From: a virus
Virus record (IMG/VR): IMGVR_UViG_3300025674_000016
Coordinates: 91,703-155,702 of that record
Reading direction: 5' to 3' (one strand)
Length of the DNA stretch: 64,000 bases
A model generated the notes under the pieces. It was not told the origin of the DNA. It made no database searches and saw only the letters and a list, made by a program, of their open reading frames with translations. Position numbers and translations under genes: made by a program. The stretch's first letter is position 1; every line of letters starts with the position of its first letter. Below are positions 47,343-55,936 of this stretch, piece by piece.

Positions 47343-49514
47343 ATGAGTAAAAAATTAGTTGAAGAAATTATCTGGGAGCAACTTGCTCCCATACTGGAAG
47401 AGCTTGCGCCCATTGATGCCGAGCTTTTGGTTGAGGGCGAAGGGCTTGCGAGCGCAGACCCCAAAAAACTTCTTAAATCGATTCAAGCATTGAAAATAAG
47501 CCCAGATAACTGGGGTAAGTCCTTGGAAGAAGGTATTACAAACAAAGACAGAGAAATCTTTCGAATGCACGCGCAAAGAATACCTGGAAGCTCTGTAGAA
47601 GGCAAGCTAAAGAGCCTCGGAGCTTTTATGGAGCAAAGTGAAGAGATCAGAACAAACTGGGGCATGCAAGCAGACCCTTTAAGCAACTTAAACAACATTG
47701 GTCAACTTATTTCCAATGTTGTATTGGTTAAAACAATATCAAAAATCCTAAACCAGTTTGAAGATACTTCTGCTGGATTTATTATGGAATCTTTTTTTGC
47801 TGCTTTGGGGGGAGGTGTGAGAGAGGGCGGCAAGGGTACTATAGTGGATTTTCAAATAGGCAATGCACTTTATAGTTCCAAACTCTATAGTCCCTCCCAG
47901 AGGTATATAACAGGTTCTTTCGATTATTTAAAAGAGGCGCTACTAGCTGGTAAGACAATCACTTATTTTATTGCCTTAAAAAGACCAATCGGGGGCCAAA
48001 TTTCTTTACAGTTTTTTAAACAAGAGATTAAAATAGATAATTTATTTAAATGGATGAAGGATGGTCGTCAAAAACCTATAAAATTTCTTTATAAAAAAGA
48101 ACTAAAGACCACAAATTCAGATGCCACCACAAATTCAGATGCCACCACAAAATCAGACGCCACCGCCGACCCCCTAGGGGATGCTGCGGATAATTTGTTG
48201 AATTTTTTATATTCGACAGATTCTGCCTACAAGAAAAAATTAGGGAAAAGGGGTATGGAAGCTAAAGGTGTTAGTTCCCCGGTCATAAGAACAATATTAT
48301 TATACATTGTTACCTCTATCTATAAAAAAGATCTTGGAGGAATACATAAAATTCTTGAAGGAGAGATAAACAGCGTTCTCGAAGCAGAGGATGTTTCTAA
48401 AGATGAATTTAAAAACATTCTTGGTAACGATAGTCTGTTAAGAGCAATAGGCGAGAACTTATTTAAGCTTGAAAATAAAAATTTTCAACCAGAGAAAATT
48501 AAAACAGGAGATGGGAAGCGGGAGGAACGTTCACCCCTAGAAGGCATAGGAAAATCCCCTAAAAATATGACCCACCTAAAGACGTTAGCGGATAACATTA
48601 TCAGCATATTTCAATCGAATGAAGGCCAAGACCACGAATCTAACAGAGGCAGAGCTGTGTTTCATTTAAACAATTTGTTTACAGTAAAGGGTGCTGGAAG
48701 AGGATTTCAAGAAAATGTTGAAAAATTTTTGTCGAATGTCCTTCTCGGAGAGCGTCTCGCAGGAAAACTTAATGCTGGTAGTACAGCCAATCTTAGGGAC
48801 TCTCTACGGGATCTTGAAAACACTGAAGAAGATAAGGAATTTCTAGCTCTTATTTTACTTAATTACCTCAACTCAACCAATAAAACCTCCTTATTTACCA
48901 AGGTAGCTAAGGCGTTGCTAAGCCTTAGTAGATCTAGAAGGGATATCAAGGACGATAAACTTGTCAAATTTCTGCCTGCGCTAGAAGAGGCAAACAAAAA
49001 TTTTACCCCTATAATTGAGAATGTTTCGTTTGAAGACATCAAAACCATGATCGATCAGCAATTTCAAGATGGAGAAGTTGGAAAAGATGGAGAAGATGGA
49101 GAAGTGAAATATAACATAGACAAGGTGGAAAACCTGTACGATGAAATAAAGATGGACGCTAGAGCTGTTAAGTATCTATTTTCAAATTTAAAATTTGATT
49201 CCACGGAATTAGCTAAAATAAACCTATCGGCAAAAGACATGGACGCTGTTGCATCAATAAACATTGGAGAAAATTATTTACTTGCAACTGTGCAAAAAGC
49301 CTTAGAAGCGAAGAAAGACGTATTAGAAGAAAACATCAAGTTGATTCAGGAATTGCAAACTCAATTATCCAATATTACAGTAAATCTAAATAAGTTTTAC
49401 GAAGACTACGACACTCAATCAGCCTCAGATGCAAAGGGTAATGCAGATAATATCTCTAATGCACTCAAGGGAATACTCCCAGAGTCCTCCAAGCAAACAA
49501 CGCCACCAGAATAA
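47343..49514 (+). CDS. Large hypothetical protein, possible PD-(D/E)xK-like nuclease with a processed acidic leader
   Basis: LVEE/ILEE/LVE sites at the N-terminus; GFIMESF.A...G....IVD.......SSKL. Confidence 0.45.
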   Translation: MSKKLVEEIIWEQLAPILEELAPIDAELLVEGEGLASADPKKLLKSIQALKISPDNWGKSLEEGITNKDREIFRMHAQRIPGSSVEGKLKSLGAFMEQSEEIRTNWGMQADPLSNLNNIGQLISNVVLVKTISKILNQFEDTSAGFIMESFFAALGGGVREGGKGTIVDFQIGNALYSSKLYSPSQRYITGSFDYLKEALLAGKTITYFIALKRPIGGQISLQFFKQEIKIDNLFKWMKDGRQKPIKFLYKKELKTTNSDATTNSDATTKSDATADPLGDAADNLLNFLYSTDSAYKKKLGKRGMEAKGVSSPVIRTILLYIVTSIYKKDLGGIHKILEGEINSVLEAEDVSKDEFKNILGNDSLLRAIGENLFKLENKNFQPEKIKTGDGKREERSPLEGIGKSPKNMTHLKTLADNIISIFQSNEGQDHESNRGRAVFHLNNLFTVKGAGRGFQENVEKFLSNVLLGERLAGKLNAGSTANLRDSLRDLENTEEDKEFLALILLNYLNSTNKTSLFTKVAKALLSLSRSRRDIKDDKLVKFLPALEEANKNFTPIIENVSFEDIKTMIDQQFQDGEVGKDGEDGEVKYNIDKVENLYDEIKMDARAVKYLFSNLKFDSTELAKINLSAKDMDAVASINIGENYLLATVQKALEAKKDVLEENIKLIQELQTQLSNITVNLNKFYEDYDTQSASDAKGNADNISNALKGILPESSKQTTPPE
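48108..48165 (+). repeat. 18-nt coding tandem repeat (3 copies)
   Basis: ACCACAAA(T/A)TCAGA(T/C)GCC encoding TT(N/K)SDA. Confidence 0.8.
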
Positions 49515-49529
49515 AACTAAACTTTCCCC

Positions 49530-49558
49530 TTGACAAACCCCGCCAAAGCGACTATATT
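49530..49558 (+). promoter_or_regulatory. sigma70 promoter of groEL
   Basis: TTGACA-N17-TATATT. Confidence 0.75.
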
Positions 49559-49581
49559 GTACCTCAACCCAAGAGGAGAAT

Positions 49582-51156
49582 ATGTCAAAACAATACCTTT
49601 CAAAACAATCACTTCAAGAAAAGCTTACATCAGGAGTAAACAAACTCACTGACAACGTGGCTGCAACCTATGGACCAAGAGGAAGAAATGTTATCTTGCA
49701 CAAAGCAGGCAAGAACCCGGTCATCACCAAGGATGGTGTCACGGTCGCGGAGTTCGTTGACCTGGAAGACCCGTTCGAGAACACTGCCGCCCAAATCATT
49801 AAGCAAGCCTCTGCGAAAACCGCTCAAGATGCAGGCGACGGCACAACAACATCGACAATCCTTGCACGCTCAATATACGAGAACGCTCAAAAGTATATTG
49901 CCTCTGGCGTACCACCAACAGAAATTAAAAGGGGCGTCGATAAAGCAGTTGAAGCTGTTGTTAAAAACCTTGCCGAGATTGCAACAAAAATTAAAAGCAA
50001 GGATGATATCCAGAACATTGCTACGATCTCTGCTAACGGTGATCGCGTAATTGGCGAGCTTATTGCCAAGGCAGTTGACCTTGTTGGAAAGGACGGTGCC
50101 ATTACAATTCAAGAGGCCCGCTCAGTTGAAACAAGCCTTGATCTGGTTGAAGGCTTCCGCTTCGATTCAGGCTATTTATCTTCAAAGTTTATCACAGATG
50201 AACGACGCAATGTTGTAAAGTATGAAGACCCCTTGGTCCTCGTCACAGACAACAACATTGAGCACGTCGAAGATATGCTGCCTGTTCTTGAGATGGTGGC
50301 AAGAGACGGCAGGCCCCTTCTTATCGTTGCAGAAAACGTGGAAGGCCAAGCACTTGCAGCCTTAATTATGAACTCGATCCGAGGCTCACTTAAGGTGGCA
50401 GCAGTCAAGGCTCCAAAGTACGGAGAAGAAAGAAGAAATGTTTTAAAAGATCTCTCCATTGCAATCGGCGCAACTTTTGTTAGCAGAGAATCAGGACTAA
50501 CCCTTAAAACAACAAAACTCGAACACTTGGGCACTGTTAAAACAGCAGAAGTCACCAAGTATTGGACAACACTGGTAGGTGGAAATGGAAACCTCGACGA
50601 AATCAATAATCGAATTAGTAATCTTAAGGCGGAAATTGAGCAGACTGATAGCCTGCACGAATGTGAACGCATACAAGAAAGAATCACTCGCCTTGCTAGT
50701 GGCGTGGCTATCATTAGAGTTGGAGGTACGACAGAAATTGAAGCGATTGAAAAACGTCATCGCATCGAAGATGCACTTGAGGCTGTAAAGTCGGCACAGC
50801 AAGAAGGTATTGTCCCAGGCGGAGGCACAGCCCTGCTCCTGGCCAGCAAGAAATTAAAAGTTAATGTTGAGAATGCAGATCAAAAAATTGGAATAAAAAT
50901 CGTTCAAGAGTCCTGCGAGGCTCCCATTAGGCAAATGGCAGAGAACGCTGGCAAATCTCCAGATTTGATCACCGACTCTGTGAAAAAAACAAAGAAAGCA
51001 GGCTATGGATACGATTTCAAAAATGACTGCTTGACAAACCTCATGGACAAAGGTATAGTTGATCCTGTCAAAGTAACACGCTGCGCGTTACAAAACGCGG
51101 CAAGTGTTGCCACGACCCTGTTTACAACCAACCATGCAATTGTGGAGGAAACATGA
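49582..51156 (+). CDS. groEL: Chaperonin GroEL
   Basis: GPRGRNV, TKDGVTVA, AGDGTTT, GIVPGGG, DP.KV.R.AL.NA. Confidence 0.96.
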   Translation: MSKQYLSKQSLQEKLTSGVNKLTDNVAATYGPRGRNVILHKAGKNPVITKDGVTVAEFVDLEDPFENTAAQIIKQASAKTAQDAGDGTTTSTILARSIYENAQKYIASGVPPTEIKRGVDKAVEAVVKNLAEIATKIKSKDDIQNIATISANGDRVIGELIAKAVDLVGKDGAITIQEARSVETSLDLVEGFRFDSGYLSSKFITDERRNVVKYEDPLVLVTDNNIEHVEDMLPVLEMVARDGRPLLIVAENVEGQALAALIMNSIRGSLKVAAVKAPKYGEERRNVLKDLSIAIGATFVSRESGLTLKTTKLEHLGTVKTAEVTKYWTTLVGGNGNLDEINNRISNLKAEIEQTDSLHECERIQERITRLASGVAIIRVGGTTEIEAIEKRHRIEDALEAVKSAQQEGIVPGGGTALLLASKKLKVNVENADQKIGIKIVQESCEAPIRQMAENAGKSPDLITDSVKKTKKAGYGYDFKNDCLTNLMDKGIVDPVKVTRCALQNAASVATTLFTTNHAIVEET

Positions 51157-51533
51157 TCGTTGGAATTAATTACCAAGTCGAGTTCGATGAGATTCCTGAG
51201 TTGATTGAACGACTAAACGATGAAGCATTTGATATTGCTCAGGATGAACTGGTTGAAGAAATCCACATGGCGACCAAGATGCTTCAAGAAGAAAACTTTG
51301 TTAAGTCTTTGGAGTTTCTTGCAAGAGTCCAAGAGGTTCTTGTTAGAATCAACATGAAGGTATCCAACTCAACAGATATCCTCAAGGCTTATACAAAGCA
51401 ACTGGTTGACCCACAAGAGCCAGAGCAGGATCATGCTCAAATGGGAGCACCACCAGACTTTGCAGAAATGCAAGAAAAGCTAGCGCAGATTAAAGAAAAC
51501 CTAAAGGAGACAGCAGTTGGAGAACAAGGATAA
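51153..51533 (+). CDS. Hypothetical protein
   Basis: SD GGAGG; coupled. Confidence 0.6.
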   Translation: MIVGINYQVEFDEIPELIERLNDEAFDIAQDELVEEIHMATKMLQEENFVKSLEFLARVQEVLVRINMKVSNSTDILKAYTKQLVDPQEPEQDHAQMGAPPDFAEMQEKLAQIKENLKETAVGEQG

Positions 51534-51747
51534 TTTTATTGCTTGGCTCCCACAAGGCTCTTGGCTCTGGCACGCCAGCTCAGGATCACACCAGATGTTA
51601 GAATCACCTGGTATCTGTCTTGTTCTGGGCAAAAGCCAGAGCGACTTATATGAAGTTCTTTATGAAGATAGAGTCTGGAGCGTAAGACAAAAATACGTTA
51701 AACCTTATAACAAAATGGGAGATGAAAATGATAGTAAAACTAGTTGA
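51517..51747 (+). CDS. Hypothetical protein
   Basis: TTG start with SD AAGGAG. Confidence 0.5.
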   Translation: MENKDNFIAWLPQGSWLWHASSGSHQMLESPGICLVLGKSQSDLYEVLYEDRVWSVRQKYVKPYNKMGDENDSKTS

Positions 51748-52015
51748 AGTATTCTTAACAAATCAACCCTCGCAGGAAAGCAAGACGGGCTACAGCCTAA
51801 AGGAAGTATTTATAAACCCAAAGCACGTTACCTTTCTAAGAGAAGACGACCTTTATCAGGCAAAGCTAAGCGCAGGGCTGCTTCCTGAGAATCTGGATAA
51901 GCGACAGAGATTTACAAGGATTCACCTTGAGCGAGGCGAAATTGTTGTTGTCGGAGATCCAAGCACGATTAAAGAAAAGCTCAACATTGACAACCGAACA
52001 CTACTAAAGGGGTGA
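51722..52015 (+). CDS. Hypothetical protein (FlbD-like INP..V motif)
   Basis: EVFINPKHV..LRE...VVG.P..I.EKL. Confidence 0.5.
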   Translation: MKMIVKLVEVFLTNQPSQESKTGYSLKEVFINPKHVTFLREDDLYQAKLSAGLLPENLDKRQRFTRIHLERGEIVVVGDPSTIKEKLNIDNRTLLKG

Positions 52016-52018
52016 AAC

Positions 52019-52300
52019 ATGATTGATAATCACTATGTCTTGATCACGCAGGGCTCCTGCCCATTCTGTCAGGATGCAATTAAGTTGCTCAAGGAGAAAA
52101 ACTTAAAGTTTATCTATACAGACATGGAAGGAGCACCAGAGGTCTTGGAACTAACCAAGATGACATCAGGACACAAAACCGTTCCTATTATCTATGAAGT
52201 TGTTATCGGGAAAGATATGCAACAGCCAGCACAAAACAATTTTATTGGAGGCTTCGATGAGCTAAAGAAACACTTGGGGGTTGAGGGTGGCGCGTCGTAA
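52019..52300 (+). CDS. Glutaredoxin
   Basis: CPFC, TVP, IGGFDEL. Confidence 0.9.
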   Translation: MIDNHYVLITQGSCPFCQDAIKLLKEKNLKFIYTDMEGAPEVLELTKMTSGHKTVPIIYEVVIGKDMQQPAQNNFIGGFDELKKHLGVEGGAS

Positions 52301-52619
52301 GCAAAACGCAATAAGTGCCAATTCTTTGTCGAGCACAAGAAAAGATAAGCAACAATATCTCAATGTTGCTTACAAGATCCTTGTCGAGCAGTGCAAGAAA
52401 GAAGAACCAGAAGAAGTGGCAGTTATAACTCTTTGTAGTTATATAAACACTCTCAGGGTCTTAATCAGCATTATCGACAATCTTTTGGAAAAAGAAACTG
52501 GCGGCGCAGTTGTCGTGAAAAACACAGAAGTCGCACTTATAAAGTCCTACCTAGACATGCTTGCATTCTACAAAGAAGAAATCAGTACAAAATTTGGCTT
52601 AAGTGTCGAACTTCACTGA
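52287..52619 (+). CDS. Hypothetical protein
   Basis: Coupled ORF. Confidence 0.5.
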   Translation: MARRKQNAISANSLSSTRKDKQQYLNVAYKILVEQCKKEEPEEVAVITLCSYINTLRVLISIIDNLLEKETGGAVVVKNTEVALIKSYLDMLAFYKEEISTKFGLSVELH

Positions 52620-52656
52620 AAGTTTTACTACTTAATACAAAGGCTAAAACCTACCA

Positions 52657-53775
52657 ATGAAACTTAAAATAAACCATAAAAGGATTATGAAAGAAAATCA
52701 AGATCCAATAGGCGAGTTTGAGATTGGCCCAGCACAAAATTGGCCTCCAAAGGTTGCTGTTTTGTTTGATGGCGCTGGCTATGCGCGCTTGGGTCTGGAG
52801 GCTGCTGGTTTTGATTGTTATGGCTTTGAACTAAACCCTCTAGCCCACTGGCTTTCAAGCCATCTAGGCAACAAAAACAGATCTATCCTTGCAGATGTAA
52901 GAAACGTAGATCTCAGCGGCTTTGATGCTGTCTGGGCCAGCCCTCCCTGCCAGAGATTTTCAGCAGCAACTCAGGGCTCAGGAAACCAGGTTACAGGTAA
53001 ATATAAAGATGATCTTCTTGAGTGGTCCCTGACTATTCCAGAGAGATATCCAAACATCAGGGTGATTTGGGTTGAGAATGTCTTAACAAGAAAAAAAGAA
53101 CTTGATACATGGGGCATCAAGTATAATGCCGCACAGTTCTCGGACCAACCTCTTCAGCAGCGCCAGAGAATGATTGGCGGTCAATACCCTCTTCCTAAGA
53201 CATACAGAGATTATAAGCCTCACTATGTTGAATTAACAGATGTCTCTTGTCCTGCTATCACAGCATCAGAATGGAAGTGGAGCAAGAACGATAAAAGAAG
53301 AGCATCACGCTGGTGGTATAAGAAATACGGCAGAAGACCAACTTGGCAGGAGCTTGTAAATTATATGGGCCTGCCAACAGAGTCGATACCTAAAGAATGG
53401 TACAGAGGCTTTCAAATCTTCGACATTAAAGACGAAGAAGAAAAGAAAGCCGCTCGCTTAGCTTTTGAAAAAGAAATAGGTTGGGAAGTTGATAACCCTG
53501 GTAAGAGATTAACGCCGACACGCTGGAGAAATACTCTTATGCGTGCTGCTGGTAATGGTGTTGTGGTTTCGATGGCTAAGGGTTTGGGTGAGGCTGCTAT
53601 GAGAGAATTTGAAGCAGCAAAACAAAAACAAGAAGAACTTGATCAAGAGGTAGAATTACCTAATCAAGTCTACAGAAACGGAAGGTGGACAACCGAGCCA
53701 CCAGAACAAAATAACAATCTACAAGAAACAATGTTCAGACAAGTTGGAAAAGGACTATTCAGAACAAACAAATAG
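52657..53775 (+). CDS. C5-cytosine DNA methyltransferase
   Basis: LFDGAG, ASPPCQ, VENV, Q.R.R, GNGV; TACTACTTA late-type motif at 52626. Confidence 0.85.
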   Translation: MKLKINHKRIMKENQDPIGEFEIGPAQNWPPKVAVLFDGAGYARLGLEAAGFDCYGFELNPLAHWLSSHLGNKNRSILADVRNVDLSGFDAVWASPPCQRFSAATQGSGNQVTGKYKDDLLEWSLTIPERYPNIRVIWVENVLTRKKELDTWGIKYNAAQFSDQPLQQRQRMIGGQYPLPKTYRDYKPHYVELTDVSCPAITASEWKWSKNDKRRASRWWYKKYGRRPTWQELVNYMGLPTESIPKEWYRGFQIFDIKDEEEKKAARLAFEKEIGWEVDNPGKRLTPTRWRNTLMRAAGNGVVVSMAKGLGEAAMREFEAAKQKQEELDQEVELPNQVYRNGRWTTEPPEQNNNLQETMFRQVGKGLFRTNK

Positions 53776-53883
53776 GATAAAAAATGGAAACGCTAGTTAT
53801 CGTAGCTCTTATTCTGGGATGTTTGGGGTCTTCAATTGGTCTTGGCGTTGCCCTCAGACAATTAGGGGATTAGGAGAAACAAA

Positions 53884-54417
53884 ATGATAACTACACTCAG
53901 TGCGCTTGCGTTGATTTCGATTGGACTTATTTACTGCAACGGACTTGAGTGGGTTATACATAAAAAACTTCTCCATGAATGGGGCAAAGCCAAGAACAGC
54001 AAATTTAGATTTCATTGGGAACATCACAACTTAACAAAGAAGCATAACGGAATAGATCCAGATTATGAAACACACAGCATAACCAGAGAATCTTATTTTG
54101 TCTTGCTTCTTGTCCTGCTTCACTCTCCTATCTTTCTCATTTCCCCCCTATTTTATCTTACAATGGTTGCACATGGTGCATACTATTTATATGTGCATAG
54201 AAAATTCCATATGGATTTGCATTGGGCGAAAGTCAGCACCCCCTGGCATTGGGATCATCACATGGGTCCACGAGAATGCGTCGAAGCTAACTGGTGCGTG
54301 ACTTTTCCTCTTTTCGATTACATTATGGGAACTAGAAAGCCATATTATAATACAAACAGATACTTTATGGATATGGCAAAGAAATCCGTGAGGGCTATAA
54401 ATGAAAAAGATAATTGA
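53884..54417 (+). CDS. Fatty-acid hydroxylase/sterol desaturase family protein
   Basis: His boxes HKKLLH, HWEHH, HRKFH, HWDHH; membrane segments. Confidence 0.85.
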   Translation: MITTLSALALISIGLIYCNGLEWVIHKKLLHEWGKAKNSKFRFHWEHHNLTKKHNGIDPDYETHSITRESYFVLLLVLLHSPIFLISPLFYLTMVAHGAYYLYVHRKFHMDLHWAKVSTPWHWDHHMGPRECVEANWCVTFPLFDYIMGTRKPYYNTNRYFMDMAKKSVRAINEKDN

Positions 54418-54772
54418 AAGTTGGAATGATTATCTAAATGAAGATAGGATTAACGAAGATAGAATTAGAATATTCTCCACACAATGTAAGTTTGTTCTCA
54501 AGAAACCAGAAGGAGCAGCAGCAGTTATTGATGATACCCTGGCTCTTATCAGAGCTATTCCTGATGTCACAGTTGTTAACTCCCTGACTGATAAATTAAG
54601 AACCACAGAAAGAAGAGCTTATATTGATTTGGAGTTTAAGTTTGTTCCAAGATCAACTTCAATTAAGAACGATCTTAAAAACATGAGAGAAGAGATCCTC
54701 GGCGTCTCCAACCTTGTTCTCTCAGTGAGCCCTACAAGGTTCTTTTTAAAGACTTTAAGGAGAGTTCAGTGA
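54401..54772 (+). CDS. Probable internal head protein
   Basis: MKKIIESWNDYLNE leader; TACTATTTA at 54181. Confidence 0.5.
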   Translation: MKKIIESWNDYLNEDRINEDRIRIFSTQCKFVLKKPEGAAAVIDDTLALIRAIPDVTVVNSLTDKLRTTERRAYIDLEFKFVPRSTSIKNDLKNMREEILGVSNLVLSVSPTRFFLKTLRRVQ

Positions 54773-55389
54773 ACAAGTGCAGAGCAGGGATTTTGCTTTA
54801 CAAACAAGAGAATGACGGAATAAAAGTGCTTCTAGGCTTTCCTGGTGGACCAAAATATAAAGACAACGGCTTCTGGCATATCCCAAAAGGCAAAGTCGAA
54901 GAAGGCGAAGATTTATTTTCTGCTGCAAAGAGAGAGTTTAATGAAGAAACTGGAATTACCCCAGCAGGCGAGTTTACAGAATTAGGAAGTTGCCCTTACA
55001 AAGGCGATACTTGTTATATCTGGGGGATGAAGGGTGATTGGAATCCAGAAGACGGTTTCACAAGCAATACTGTTGTAATGCAGTGGCCTCCCGGCACGGG
55101 TAAAATGCATGAGTTTGGAGAATTGTCTGATTTAAGATTCTTTAACATTGAAGATGCAAAGAAGATTATCATGCCAAGACAGAAAGTATTTCTTTCCAAT
55201 TTGGAAAATAAGCTGAGCCCAGCCAGGCTTAACGAAGTCGAGCCGTTCCAGAGAGCCGTAAAAAAAAAGCATAGAAAAATGAAGTTTAGACTTATTGGCA
55301 TGGGCGGAAACAAGAAAAGAGAGCGTGGACATAAAAAACCTTCCTTTAAGAGATCTAAGAGTGCCCCACCAGGCTTCGGCGGCTCCTGA
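54769..55389 (+). CDS. NUDIX hydrolase with a basic C-terminal extension
   Basis: Nudix box PKG..E.GED...AAKREFNEETG; LNE followed by a Lys/Arg-rich tail. Confidence 0.88.
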   Translation: MNKCRAGILLYKQENDGIKVLLGFPGGPKYKDNGFWHIPKGKVEEGEDLFSAAKREFNEETGITPAGEFTELGSCPYKGDTCYIWGMKGDWNPEDGFTSNTVVMQWPPGTGKMHEFGELSDLRFFNIEDAKKIIMPRQKVFLSNLENKLSPARLNEVEPFQRAVKKKHRKMKFRLIGMGGNKKRERGHKKPSFKRSKSAPPGFGGS

Positions 55390-55396
55390 CTTCACC

Positions 55397-55427
55397 CCTT
55401 TGACAAGCCAATCCAGAAAATTATTCA
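55397..55427 (-). promoter_or_regulatory. Antisense copy of the ECF-like promoter
   Basis: Minus strand reads TGAATAA-N14-TTGTCAAAGG, same spacing as the plus-strand copies. Confidence 0.5.
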
Positions 55428-55529
55428 ACTTTTTTCACCTCACCAAACAAAACCTCCTTGACTATTAAAAGGGCGTGAATAATTTTTCTTTATAAGGCAA
55501 TAGCCTATAAGCATAAGGAGGAATTAATA

Positions 55530-55889
55530 ATGCTTTACAAAAGATTTAACAACCAAACAGTATTTGATGAGTTATTTGGAACTGGTTTTAACAAGAAGAC
55601 TAGTGTTAGAGAGTTAAAAGATAGATTCCAAATAAAAGTAGTTGCACCTGGGCTAAGAAAGAAAGACTTTAAGATTGATTTTGAAGATGGTCTGATCAAG
55701 ATTGAATTTAAAAGAGACGCAGATAGAGAAGGTCTGTTTACAAAAGAAAAGTTCTTTAAGTCTTGGATATTGCCAGAAGGAACCGAGCCTGAGCATATCT
55801 CAGCATCATATGATGCAGGTGTTCTTTCAATTTCTATTGACAAAACAGAAGCACACAAGCCCAAGACACAAAATATCCCAATCCAGTGA
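55530..55889 (+). CDS. Small heat-shock protein (Hsp20)
   Basis: APGL.K.DF.I, F.KS..LP, I.ASY..GVL.I.I. Confidence 0.9.
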   Translation: MLYKRFNNQTVFDELFGTGFNKKTSVRELKDRFQIKVVAPGLRKKDFKIDFEDGLIKIEFKRDADREGLFTKEKFFKSWILPEGTEPEHISASYDAGVLSISIDKTEAHKPKTQNIPIQ

Positions 55890-55917
55890 ATAAACCCTGG
55901 CCCTGCTCTGTCTAAGG
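55887..55917 (+). promoter_or_regulatory. ECF-like promoter/stem-loop cassette, copy 1
   Basis: TGAATAAA-N13-CTGTCTAAGG. Confidence 0.8.
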
Positions 55918-55936
55918 GACGTAGGAGGGCAACAAG

